Counted from the first letter of the stretch, positions 1 through 9,212 are shown. The stretch is 64,000 bases of DNA from Planctomycetota bacterium (GCA_033763815.1 JANRJU010000020.1:78724-142723); one strand, 5' to 3'. Numbers and translations: made by a program. The notes: generated by a model not told the origin, from the sequence alone.

Positions 1-602
1 CCAATCTCGATGCCTCGGGCGGTGCCCGCGATGAACCGCCCGTTTGGCGAAATGCCGGCTCCGGACTCGCTGTGGGACAGGAACACACCGCCAGCGCTCG
101 TCCAGCGCAGAACGGTATCGGGCTCAAACGCCCTACTGCTGTTGATGACGATCACCTGGCCGTCGTCGGAGATCGCCACGGCTTCGTTGAGGCGGTCGAG
201 CGGATCCTGAAGCACGGAGAAGAGCGTCTCGAACGGTCCGGGAGCGGGGGCAAGCTGCTTGCGAAAAGCCCCGCTCAAGTAGCCCGGCACGGGAGGTGTG
301 CCGTCGTGCGAGCCGACCACCCACATGCCGCCCACGGAAATGTCCTGAGGAACGTTCCAGGTTGGTCCGATTTCCTGCGGCGTCCAAGCTTGATCCTGGC
401 GCCACTGGATCCCGATGCCGGAGCATGTTTCGCAGGCGGGCCTGCCGAGCACCACGCTTCCGTCACCCGAGATCGCAACGCCGACGTTGGAGGGCGAGAT
501 CGGAGGCGGTGAGAGCGGAAGCAACTGATTCTGCGCGAGCGCCGCACCGGCGGCGAGAGCCAACGATGCCGCAAATCCAGTCGATACAAACATCCGTGCC
601 AT
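1..602 (-). CDS. secreted repeat protein, N-terminal part only (gene runs off the left edge)
   Basis: Absent from the ORF track because it has no stop in the window. My reverse-complement translation from the ATG at 602..600 is stop-free to position 1. It begins MARMFVSTGFAASLALAAGAALAQ (signal-peptide-like), followed by recurring units VAISGDGSVVLG, AVAISDDGQVIVI and AGISPNGRFIAG. Confidence 0.5.
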   Translation of the reverse strand, partial: MARMFVSTGFAASLALAAGAALAQNQLLPLSPPPISPSNVGVAISGDGSVVLGRPACETCSGIGIQWRQDQAWTPQEIGPTWNVPQDISVGGMWVVGSHDGTPPVPGYLSGAFRKQLAPAPGPFETLFSVLQDPLDRLNEAVAISDDGQVIVINSSRAFEPDTVLRWTSAGGVFLSHSESGAGISPNGRFIAGTARGIEI

Positions 603-765
603 GGGCCCCTCCCGCTAAACTCTTCGGTCGACACCGCTGCACCCCAGCGGATGCCACAGCATACACACTTGTGAACGCTGTATGATGTGCTCGCTCACGG
701 TCATTCTAGAGAATGATTGAAGCCAGTCGGCAGCCGCCGTCCACGGACTCGAAACGAGATAGCGC

Positions 766-2106
766 ATGTCCATCCCGGTTGATGCCGTTCGCCCAGATTC
801 TCACTCGATATCGGGCGTTGCGTTGGTCGCCAGCACAGGGCTCTGGGGGAGCCCACGGATGGCGCTTCTCGCCCGAGATCGATCGGCACTGGGCGATCGA
901 GCGGCGGGCTTGGTCCGCACGCTGGCCCCGCCAAGCGCACACGCCGTTCGGCACGCCGGCATGACGTGGGCCGCGGCGCTCTGGGGCGGAACTGCGATGA
1001 CCGCCCTGGGCGAGACACCCGACGCGGACGTGTGCATCGTCGCAAGCTGGATGCTCGCCCGAGTAAGCACGCCCGACGCGGGTTGGAAGCGCTACGCAGA
1101 ACTCGCATCGAGCTATGTGAAGGGTGTCACGCTCGCCGCGACGACCAAGCCGGAACTCCGCCTCCTTCACTGCACGATGCACTGCAACAGCGTCATCGCC
1201 CAGTCGCTGGGCCTGCGCGGACAGGTGCTCCGCTGGTCGCCAGCGGATCTCGAGCGAGGCTCGCTGGCCAGGGGCAACGCGTCGATCTCGCTTCAAGATG
1301 CGTTGAGCTGGTGCATGACCCCCACGCTCGTTTTCGGCGTGCTCGACGACCTGCCGTGGCTGCTCGATGTTGCGTTCGACTTCCGCTGGGGAGTTGATCG
1401 CGCGGGTGAGCGGTCGTATGCGGATATCGGCGGGACAATCTCCTCGCTCTGGTTCGGGCACTTGTGCGCAACGCGCAACGAGGCGACGACATTCGCGAGC
1501 TTTGAGGCCGAGTTGTCCCGCGTGCTCGGGGCACGATACGACGCGCAGCAGATCTATCACCTTGCCAACGAGCCTTCGGTCATGAACTCGGCCCGGGCGG
1601 GCGAGTGGACGAAAGTGGCCAAGCGCCTGTGCGTCGAAGCGGCGCTGGAAGGCGACACGGATGCCGTCGCTGCGCTGGCGGGAGTTTCCGGTGGCGTTGT
1701 GGGGCGAGTGCGAGCAGAGGCGTCGCGGTGCATGAACGCCGCGGCGCTGGCGAGCCTTCTCGACGCGGAGGGCGAGCGAGCGGCCCTCGAGCGAGCGAGG
1801 ACAAGGCTTCTCTCGCTCGCGACGGGCGCGGACCTTGCCAGTTTGGACCGCCAACCGCCGACCGACCAACTCTTCGCCGCTGTCGCGCCCACAGCGACAT
1901 CGCGGGCAGATCCGATCGAGCCCCTCGATGCGGACCAGATTACTCAAGGGCCGGCGACCGCCCTCACGCTCGTGCGAGCGGCAAAGTCGGTTGTCGCGCG
2001 AGCCGACGGGCACGCTCGCTCGCAACTCGCGACCCATTTGGAGCGGGTACGCAAACTCCGCCCAGATGCGGCTGGCATGCTGGAAGCGACTGATCGCCCA
2101 CACTGA
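766..2106 (+). CDS. hypothetical protein with no recognisable domain
   Basis: 446-aa ORF with ordinary amino-acid composition and G/C-rich third codon positions. The overlapping 491-aa minus-strand ORF is Arg-rich, which is typical of an antisense artefact. The start is uncertain; in-frame ATGs also occur at 859 and 961. Confidence 0.45.
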   Translation: MSIPVDAVRPDSHSISGVALVASTGLWGSPRMALLARDRSALGDRAAGLVRTLAPPSAHAVRHAGMTWAAALWGGTAMTALGETPDADVCIVASWMLARVSTPDAGWKRYAELASSYVKGVTLAATTKPELRLLHCTMHCNSVIAQSLGLRGQVLRWSPADLERGSLARGNASISLQDALSWCMTPTLVFGVLDDLPWLLDVAFDFRWGVDRAGERSYADIGGTISSLWFGHLCATRNEATTFASFEAELSRVLGARYDAQQIYHLANEPSVMNSARAGEWTKVAKRLCVEAALEGDTDAVAALAGVSGGVVGRVRAEASRCMNAAALASLLDAEGERAALERARTRLLSLATGADLASLDRQPPTDQLFAAVAPTATSRADPIEPLDADQITQGPATALTLVRAAKSVVARADGHARSQLATHLERVRKLRPDAAGMLEATDRPH

Positions 2107-2335
2107 GGCACGTTCTGTCTCCGCTTGGACAACGAACCAACCCGGTTCGCCCTTCTCGTCGACGTAACCCCAGTCGCTCATCGGCTTCGATGTCTACGGC
2201 CGCCCCTTCTTCCGTTTGGGCTGTAGACGTGGTTCACCATCTGGCCTCGGATCCACAGCCCTGCACCCGAGCCGCCCGTCGTTCTGTTGCGCCCGCCCTC
2301 AACTTGGCTGGTGACACGCAGCATCTTGATCCTGG

Positions 2336-4981
2336 TTACGGAGCCTCGCTCTTGGAGGGGTCCCAGGGCGAACCCTTCAGTTTCTCCGCCAGTTCCGCCT
2401 GCCTCGCCTTGTCGCCCATGCGTTCCGCGAGGTCGTAGTCCAGCGTCAACACTTGCAGAACACGCTGGTGCCCCTCGCCATGAGCCTGGATCTCGCGGGC
2501 TCTCAGGTCGTCGATGGCGGCCCGAGCGTCGTCGTACCGGGCCGCGTGGATCAAGGCCGTTGCGTAGAGCCCGGTTGTCTGCATCGAGTGCTCTGCAAGC
2601 GGTGCCCGCGCTCTCCGTCGATCATGGAGCGGCTTGAGCACGTCCGCACTGCGAGCCGCGTCGCCCGACATAATCGCAAGCAGCCCGAGGTTGTACTCCG
2701 CGTCGTCCGTCTGGAAGTGGTCCTCGCCCCACACCTCTCGCATGGCGCGGGCCTGTTCTTCTGCCAGCGTCAGCGCCGCCGGCAGATCGCCCAGCGAGTT
2801 GTGGGCCCCCACCACGTTCTGCATGATCGCGAGCGTCTGCGTGTGTCGGTCGCCCATGACGCGTCGGCTGACTTCGAGCGCCGGCGTCAGCAGCTCAAGC
2901 GCCTCCTTGCTTCGGTCATGCGAGTTCAGAAAGAAGCCGAGATTGTTCGTCGCGAGCAACCAGCGCTCTGAACCCTCGCCATGCACAACCGCCGAGATGG
3001 CACGAACCTCTCGCAGCAACGCCTCGGACTCTTGCGGGTTCGCGTTCGCGTCGCTGTTCACCGCAACCTGCTGCATGAGGTTCAGCGTGGTTGGATGCCC
3101 CCGCGGCAGGACGCGCCGAGCGATCGCGAGCCCTCGACGAGCGCCCGCCTCGGCCTCCCTCTCTTTGTTCGAGTCGCTCAGCACGGAGTTCAGCGCCACC
3201 AGCGCGCCCAGCGTCGTCGGATCTTCCTCGCCCAGGCGTTCCTCCGCCAGCTTCAAGCCTGCCCGTGCGTGAAGCTCGGCCCGACGAAGATCACCCGTTC
3301 CCGTGAAGGCGTCGGCGAGCGCATCATGAATGGCCACCCGCACCACAACATCCCCGGGAGGCGCGTTCTCCAGCTTTCGCTCCGCGATCGCCAAAGCCTC
3401 ACGGATCGTCGGCTCAGTCCCCTGCGCCTCGGTCGGATGGGCAGCGTTGAGAAGGTTCTTGAGAAACTCGCTCGCGGCGCTCGCCGCTCGCGCCTCGGCA
3501 ACGGCGCGCTCGCTCGCGCGGGTCGCTTCCAGCGCTTGCCACGCGGTCGCCAGCGTCCCCGCGACAAGTGTCAGCGCCATGACCACACCAGCGACAACCG
3601 CGACCCGGTTGCGCCGCGCAAACCGCGACAGCTCGTACGCCGCGCTCGGCGGGCGGGCCGCGATCGGCTCATGACGCAACAACCGACGCACGTCTCCAGC
3701 AAGCTCCGCGGGCGAGGCATATCGACGGGCCTTGTCCTTCTCGATCGCCTTGGCCGCGATGATCTCCAGATCGCCCCGAAAGCGAGGATCGAGCTTGCCA
3801 AGCGCCACCGGGGTCTCGTGCACCACCGCATGCAGCGCCCGAGCCACCGGCATGTTCACCGTGTCGATCGGCAGGCGATCGCTCGCCACCTCGTAGAGTA
3901 GAACGCCCAGCGCGTAAACATCCGCCCGTTCGTCAACGCCCTCCGGCTCGCCGGCCGCCTGCTCGGGGCTCATGTAGGCCGGGGTGCCGATGATCTCGCC
4001 CGCCAGGGTTGCCAGCGATGCGTCGCCAGCGTCTGCAACCCGGGCAACGCCAAAGTCGAGGATCTTCACCTGTGGGCGGGTCTCTGCCGCATTGCCCGAT
4101 GAACGCTGTGTTGCCGAGTCCTTCACGAGGATGTTCGCCGGCTTCAGGTCGCGATGGATCACTCCCCGCGAGTGCGCGTGCTGCACGGCGTCGCAGACCT
4201 GCGCAAGCAACTCAAGCCGCGCTGAGAGCGGGAGCTCTTGCTGCCTTGCAAACCGCGTCAGCGGCACGCCCTCCACCAGCTCCATCGCAAAGAACGGAGC
4301 CCGCTCGCCGATCTCGGGGTCATCAACAAGCCCGGCTTCGTAGACCTGCGCAATCCCGGCGTGCGAGAGGCGAGCCAGTGCCGCCGACTCCAGTTCGAAC
4401 CGACGCAGAAGCTCCGCCGAGGCGTTCCCGCGGCGGATCAGCTTGATCGCCACAGCGCGGCGCGGATTGTCCTGCGTCGCCTCGTAGACAACGCCCATGC
4501 CGCCTGTGCCCAGCACGCGCTGCAGCGTGTACCGACCGAGCCGTCTCGACCGTTCCCCGTCCGACGCCGCAGGCAGCCTCGCCGCTGGGGCGTCAGTTCC
4601 CGCCCAAGGACGACGCGTCCCTGGCGCAAGCCCGAAGGAAGAGTCTTGAACCGGGGAACGCCGATCAGAACCGGAGTCAGTTCTCCGGTCGCCCAGCTCG
4701 ACCGAGTCAGCGGCATCCGGCGACAGTCGATGTACGGGCAGCGCAAATTCGATTGCGGCCCGGTCGAGAATGGCGCTCGACTCATCATGAAAGCGAAGGA
4801 GCGATTCGACCTCGCTGGCGATCAAGGGCTGGCGACGCCGAAGCTCCTCAAGGAACTCGATTCGAGCGACGCCAGCTAGCACAATCGCTCGCTCGAATGC
4901 CGCGCGACTGCCATCGGCGTCGCGATTGGAAGTCGCCCCAACCAGGTCGTCCGGAGATGTGTTCGGGTTTCGCTCGCTCAT
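2336..4981 (-). CDS. Ser/Thr protein kinase with one transmembrane segment and a C-terminal TPR-like repeat region
   Basis: Kinase motifs GTGGMGVVY, AIK, HRDLKPANILV, DFGVARV and GTPAYMSPEQ are present. A hydrophobic segment VAVVAGVVMALTLVAGTLATAW is followed by about 390 aa of helical repeats. The ATG at 4981..4979 overlaps the sigma-gene stop (ATGA). Confidence 0.85.
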   Translation of the reverse strand: MSERNPNTSPDDLVGATSNRDADGSRAAFERAIVLAGVARIEFLEELRRRQPLIASEVESLLRFHDESSAILDRAAIEFALPVHRLSPDAADSVELGDRRTDSGSDRRSPVQDSSFGLAPGTRRPWAGTDAPAARLPAASDGERSRRLGRYTLQRVLGTGGMGVVYEATQDNPRRAVAIKLIRRGNASAELLRRFELESAALARLSHAGIAQVYEAGLVDDPEIGERAPFFAMELVEGVPLTRFARQQELPLSARLELLAQVCDAVQHAHSRGVIHRDLKPANILVKDSATQRSSGNAAETRPQVKILDFGVARVADAGDASLATLAGEIIGTPAYMSPEQAAGEPEGVDERADVYALGVLLYEVASDRLPIDTVNMPVARALHAVVHETPVALGKLDPRFRGDLEIIAAKAIEKDKARRYASPAELAGDVRRLLRHEPIAARPPSAAYELSRFARRNRVAVVAGVVMALTLVAGTLATAWQALEATRASERAVAEARAASAASEFLKNLLNAAHPTEAQGTEPTIREALAIAERKLENAPPGDVVVRVAIHDALADAFTGTGDLRRAELHARAGLKLAEERLGEEDPTTLGALVALNSVLSDSNKEREAEAGARRGLAIARRVLPRGHPTTLNLMQQVAVNSDANANPQESEALLREVRAISAVVHGEGSERWLLATNNLGFFLNSHDRSKEALELLTPALEVSRRVMGDRHTQTLAIMQNVVGAHNSLGDLPAALTLAEEQARAMREVWGEDHFQTDDAEYNLGLLAIMSGDAARSADVLKPLHDRRRARAPLAEHSMQTTGLYATALIHAARYDDARAAIDDLRAREIQAHGEGHQRVLQVLTLDYDLAERMGDKARQAELAEKLKGSPWDPSKSEAP

Positions 4982-5664
4982 CCTCCGCCACTCGCCTCGT
5001 TCAGCTCCCGCAGCAGCCAGGCTCGGGCATACGCCCACTCGTTCTTGACCGTTGCCGGCGAGAGGTTCATCACTTCCGCCGTCTGCTCAACAGTGAGGCC
5101 TGCGAAGAAGCGCAGCATGACAACCTCGTGCTGGCGTTCGTCACGCGACCTCAACGTCTCCAGGACGTTATCGAGCTTGAGCAGCTCCTCGGCGCTGGTC
5201 GCGCGACCCGGCGTCACCGCCCGAGAGTCGGTTGCCGCCAGAACGTCGTCGTCGATCGACTGAGCCCCGCGAACTTCGCGCCGGGTGCGAGACTGGCGGG
5301 CGCGATCGATCAGGACGCGGCGCATGGCTTGCGCTGCGGCGCCGAAGAAGTGGGCCCGGTTCTCCCACGTCGCCTGCGTCGGACCCACAAGTCGGACAAA
5401 TGCCTCGTGAACCAGGGCCGTCGGCTGCAGCGTGCGGCTTCCTCCCTCTCGCATCATCATCGCCGCGGCGATCGACCTCAGCTCGGCATACACCGCCGAC
5501 AGCAACTCGTCGGATGCGCCGGCGTCACCGCCCTGAAGGCGCTGAAGGCACTCCGTCACTTCGTGCTGGCGAGACTTGTCCTGACGCGGTTGGTCCACTC
5601 GTGCCCACTCCCGGCTCGGCCCAAATCCAGGATTCTCTAGCCTGACCATCGTTGGCATACGCAT
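4978..5664 (-). CDS. ECF-type RNA polymerase sigma factor (TIGR02999-like, kinase-associated group)
   Basis: The N-terminal LQRLQGGDAGASDELLSAVYAELRSIAA, then LQPTALVHEAFVRL, NRAHFFGAAAQAMRRVLIDRAR and the region-4 motif LSPATVKNEWAYARAWL match this ECF subfamily pattern. The stop overlaps the kinase start. Confidence 0.85.
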   Translation of the reverse strand: MRMPTMVRLENPGFGPSREWARVDQPRQDKSRQHEVTECLQRLQGGDAGASDELLSAVYAELRSIAAAMMMREGGSRTLQPTALVHEAFVRLVGPTQATWENRAHFFGAAAQAMRRVLIDRARQSRTRREVRGAQSIDDDVLAATDSRAVTPGRATSAEELLKLDNVLETLRSRDERQHEVVMLRFFAGLTVEQTAEVMNLSPATVKNEWAYARAWLLRELNEASGGG

Positions 5665-5745
5665 GCACCTTCCGAAGCGAGGGTGAACGAGGGCTTCCGA
5701 TAAGCCCGCTCGACGCTTCTCTCACGCTTGGAAGGACTTTCTCTC

Positions 5746-7626
5746 ATGACACTCTGGCGAAATCTGCGACCCGCGTCAATGACAAACTGCCTCTTGGCGC
5801 TCGCCGCGGCGACAACCCTTGCCCCATCCGCCTCCCTTGCCCAGTGCACCGACATTTACGTCTGGGGCGTTCCCGACTTCGACCAGCGGCGTTCCAGCCT
5901 GCCCAACCTCGGCAACTGCTACTGCGTTCCAACCGCCGCCCTCAACTGGATGGGCTATTACGCCAACCACGGCGTCGGTACCGCCATGTGGGCCTCCAAC
6001 GCCAACTGGCAGTTCGCCAACTACGTCAACACGTCCAATCGCCTCCTCATCATGGGCGACTTCATGGACACCGATCCCGACTGCGGCACCGGGCTCGGCG
6101 ACGCCCTCTCCGGCATCATTGACTACCTTGACGAATACACCAACAGACCATTCATGGCCCAGTCCTTCTACGCCAATGGAAACTCCGCGCCGACCCCCAA
6201 GCAGTTCGCCGCCGCACTCAGGCTCAAGTGGCAGGTCATGATGCACTATGGGCGGTATGACCTCGACGGAACCGAATGGGAACGCGACGGCGGGCACGCC
6301 GTGACCCTCGTCGGTGTCCGCAACAACCCGTGCGGCTCAAATCCGATCGTCCAGTTCAACGACCCCTGGACCGGAGGCTCGGACTCCACCAACACGCAGT
6401 CCAGTTTTTCCTTCAAGGAATGGGAACTCGTTCGCACCACCCGCAACTTCGACGGTGAAGTTCGCGCCATGTGGGAGCCCCGCGGCCAGACTGGCACCGT
6501 CGACCGCCGCTTCATCGACAAGCGCATCTACATCATCCCCCTCTTTGCGCTCACCGGCGTTAGCACGAGCGTTGCGTCCTCGCTCAAGATGACCCGCCTT
6601 AACCAACTCGACAATGACGAGTCGGATCGCGAAGTCGTGATTCCTTCGCCCAACGGCAACTCGATCGTGAGCGCGATCAGTGATCTTGAGCACATGCAGC
6701 TCGTCGTCGTGACCGCCGCGTCGCGCACGCAGCCCGCTGCACTCTGGACGTACAGCCTGGCCGACGAGGCGTTTTCTGGACCACTCACCGAGTTTGGGGG
6801 GACGCCTGCGGCCGTCGATTCCGACCGCTTTGGCAACGTCTTCGTGCTCGAGTCGAGCCGCGTGACGAAGTGGCGCATGGGCGACGGGAGCGTAACGCCT
6901 CAAGGGACCGTGACGCTGCCCTATGTCTGTGACGCGCTCACCATCAACGATGCCAACGACGACCTCTTCGTCGTCGCGGGCGAGCGCCGACGGATCTTGA
7001 AGTTCACAGATGGCAATCTGGGTGTCGCTCCGCAGGATCAGCCGGTGCCGACCGGCGCGGCGTTCAACGGGATCCCGTGCATCGCGCCGAACCCGGCGAC
7101 CGGGCGACTCTTCCTGACCTCGGAAAACGGTTCGGCGTACGAGATCTCGCAAGCCGCGGGCGCGCCGGTCTGGGTGATCAACTCAACGATCCCCATGGGC
7201 AGCTTCCCGAATCGCAAGGGCTTGCAGTTCAGCGATCGCGGCGTCATGCAGTTCATCTCCAACGGCGTCGTCCGCGAGCTCGCACTCGACCCGCTCTCCG
7301 GACGCTGGATCGCCAACCCCATTCCACTCTTCACGGGCGGGCAGGCGTCGGATTTCATCACCCTCGGACGCTCTCGGACCAACTTCAACCCGGCCAAGCA
7401 CGCCACGCTCGGCTACCGCTTCCTTGAGAACCCCGATCCCACCACTCCCGAAACGCCCGTCTGCTTGGTTGACGTCAATGGCGACGGCGTCGTCGACTTC
7501 TTCGACTATCTCGACTTTGCCCAGTTCTACGCCGCCAGCAGCACCAACGCCGACTTCAACTTCGATGGGTCCGTCGACTTCTTCGACTACCTCGACTTCG
7601 TCGCGGCGTACGACGCGGGCTGCTGA
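5746..7626 (+). CDS. secreted protein: papain/C39-like Cys-peptidase-like head, beta-propeller-like middle, C-terminal double GC-type dockerin-like module
   Basis: The ATG at 5746 lies 9 nt after GGAAGGA. The signal peptide reads MTLWRNLRPASMTNCLLALAAATTLAPSASLAQ. Putative catalytic motifs are GNCYCVPTAALNWMGYY, GGHAVTLVGV and VQFNDPW. The C-terminus is CLVDVNGDGVVDFFDYLDFAQFY...DFNFDGSVDFFDYLDFVAAYDAGC followed by the stop. Confidence 0.8.
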   Translation: MTLWRNLRPASMTNCLLALAAATTLAPSASLAQCTDIYVWGVPDFDQRRSSLPNLGNCYCVPTAALNWMGYYANHGVGTAMWASNANWQFANYVNTSNRLLIMGDFMDTDPDCGTGLGDALSGIIDYLDEYTNRPFMAQSFYANGNSAPTPKQFAAALRLKWQVMMHYGRYDLDGTEWERDGGHAVTLVGVRNNPCGSNPIVQFNDPWTGGSDSTNTQSSFSFKEWELVRTTRNFDGEVRAMWEPRGQTGTVDRRFIDKRIYIIPLFALTGVSTSVASSLKMTRLNQLDNDESDREVVIPSPNGNSIVSAISDLEHMQLVVVTAASRTQPAALWTYSLADEAFSGPLTEFGGTPAAVDSDRFGNVFVLESSRVTKWRMGDGSVTPQGTVTLPYVCDALTINDANDDLFVVAGERRRILKFTDGNLGVAPQDQPVPTGAAFNGIPCIAPNPATGRLFLTSENGSAYEISQAAGAPVWVINSTIPMGSFPNRKGLQFSDRGVMQFISNGVVRELALDPLSGRWIANPIPLFTGGQASDFITLGRSRTNFNPAKHATLGYRFLENPDPTTPETPVCLVDVNGDGVVDFFDYLDFAQFYAASSTNADFNFDGSVDFFDYLDFVAAYDAGC

Positions 7627-7670
7627 TTACCCCCTTATCGCCCCAAAGCTGGCTCACTCCGCACTCCTAA

Positions 7671-7697
7671 GCACCGGCAGCCCAGCCGGTGCTTTTT
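7671..7697 (+). terminator. intrinsic terminator after the 5746..7626 gene
   Basis: GCACCGGC-AGCCCA-GCCGGTGC hairpin followed by TTTTT. Confidence 0.6.
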
Positions 7698-7898
7698 CCA
7701 TCTGGCACCTTCCTACGGGGCGGGTTCCATCGATGCTGGTTCGATCACCAGCTTCGGGGCCCGGTCGCCCCGTAAACCAGACCGGAACACCGATCCATCC
7801 ATCAAGATTGAACACCACGCCGCTTGACGGTTCGGGTTCGTCGGCGCATCCTGTTGGCGGCTCCAATCTCCGGGCGTGCCGGGTGGGGCGTTGCCCAC

Positions 7899-9212
7899 AT
7901 GCCCCCGACCACCTCAGGATCAGTCACCGAACCGCCGAACGATCGCGCGGACGCCTACGCCGCCCTTCGCGAGCCGAACTATCGGCGGTTCGCCTCGGGC
8001 TTCGTGGTCTCGTCCGCGGGGCTGCAGATGCTCGGTGCGGCGGTCGGCTGGGAACTCTGGGAACGCACCGGCGATCCGCTGCAACTGGGCTACGCCGGGC
8101 TGGCCAGGGCCCTTCCGGTGGTCGTTCTCGCTCTCCCGGCCGGGCACATCATCGATCGCTTCGACCGCAAGATGGTGTTGGCTCTGACGCAGGTTGCCAT
8201 GGGCGTGGTCGCAGCAGCGCTCTGCGTCGCCTCTGCCTTGCAAGCGCCGATCGCGCTCACCTACGCGTTGCTGGTGCTGGCGGGATGTGCGAGGGTCTTG
8301 AATGGACCAAGCAGGGCGACGCTGTTGCCCGCGATTGTCCCGGATCGCGTCTTCGGAAACGCCGTCACGTGGAACAGCGGGTTCTTCCAGCTCTCTGCCG
8401 TCATCGGGCCTCTGGTTGCCGGCGTATTGCTGGCGAAGTTCGCCGCCGCCTGGCCCGTGTACCTCTGCACGACGATCACCTGCCTTGTCTTTGCTGGCCT
8501 GGCGCTCACGCTCAAGCCCCGGCCCTCGCAGCGACTGACCGGTCGCTTCTCGCTCGCATCGATGTCAGCGGGCCTTGGGCACGTGTGGCGGGAGAAGTCC
8601 GTCCTCGGGGCCATCACTCTGGACATGTTCGCCGTGCTGCTGGGCGGCGCGACGGCCCTGCTCCCGATCTACGCCGACGAGATCCTGCACGTTGGACCCA
8701 TGGGTTATGGCGCGCTTCGGGCGGCGCCCTACATCGGCGCGTTCGCGATGGCGATTGTGCTTGCCCATCGCCCGGTCTTCCGCATCGCCGGTCCCGCCCT
8801 GCTCTGGTCGGTCGCGGGCTTCGGGGCGTGCATGATCGTCTTTGGCATCTCGACCAACTTCGCCCTGTCGCTGCTGGTGCTTCTCCTGGCTGGCGCCTTT
8901 GACAACGTCTCCGTGGTCATCCGCCATGCGCTTGTCCAGCTCCGCACGCCCGACGAACTCCGTGGTCGCGTCTCCGCCGTCAACTCGGTCTTCATTGAGT
9001 GTTCAAACGAGCTCGGCGCGTTCGAGTCCGGCGTCGTTGCCAAGTACTTTGGCCCCGTGTTCTCCGTCGTCAGTGGCGGCATGGGCACGCTGGTCGTTGT
9101 CGCCCTTGTCGCCCTCTGGCTCGCACCTCTGCGCAAGCTTGATCTGGGCGACATGCGAACGCCCGAGGAGGACGAGGACGACCTGCGTGGCAAATCCCCC
9201 GCGGCGTCCTAG
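7899..9212 (+). CDS. MFS transporter (EntS/MFS_3-like)
   Basis: The N-terminal YRRFASGFVVSSAGLQMLGAAVGWELWERTGDPLQLGYAGLARALPVVVLALPAGHIIDRFDRK is followed by about 12 hydrophobic segments. The ATG at 7899 was chosen over the longer ORF starting at 7824. Confidence 0.8.
   Translation: MPPTTSGSVTEPPNDRADAYAALREPNYRRFASGFVVSSAGLQMLGAAVGWELWERTGDPLQLGYAGLARALPVVVLALPAGHIIDRFDRKMVLALTQVAMGVVAAALCVASALQAPIALTYALLVLAGCARVLNGPSRATLLPAIVPDRVFGNAVTWNSGFFQLSAVIGPLVAGVLLAKFAAAWPVYLCTTITCLVFAGLALTLKPRPSQRLTGRFSLASMSAGLGHVWREKSVLGAITLDMFAVLLGGATALLPIYADEILHVGPMGYGALRAAPYIGAFAMAIVLAHRPVFRIAGPALLWSVAGFGACMIVFGISTNFALSLLVLLLAGAFDNVSVVIRHALVQLRTPDELRGRVSAVNSVFIECSNELGAFESGVVAKYFGPVFSVVSGGMGTLVVVALVALWLAPLRKLDLGDMRTPEEDEDDLRGKSPAAS

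Noticed and set aside
706-2181. 491-aa minus-strand ORF overlapping the 766..2106 gene
   Set aside because: Its composition is extremely Arg-rich and its third codon positions are not GC-enriched, so it is an antisense artefact. Only its first 25 codons or so lie outside the plus-strand gene.
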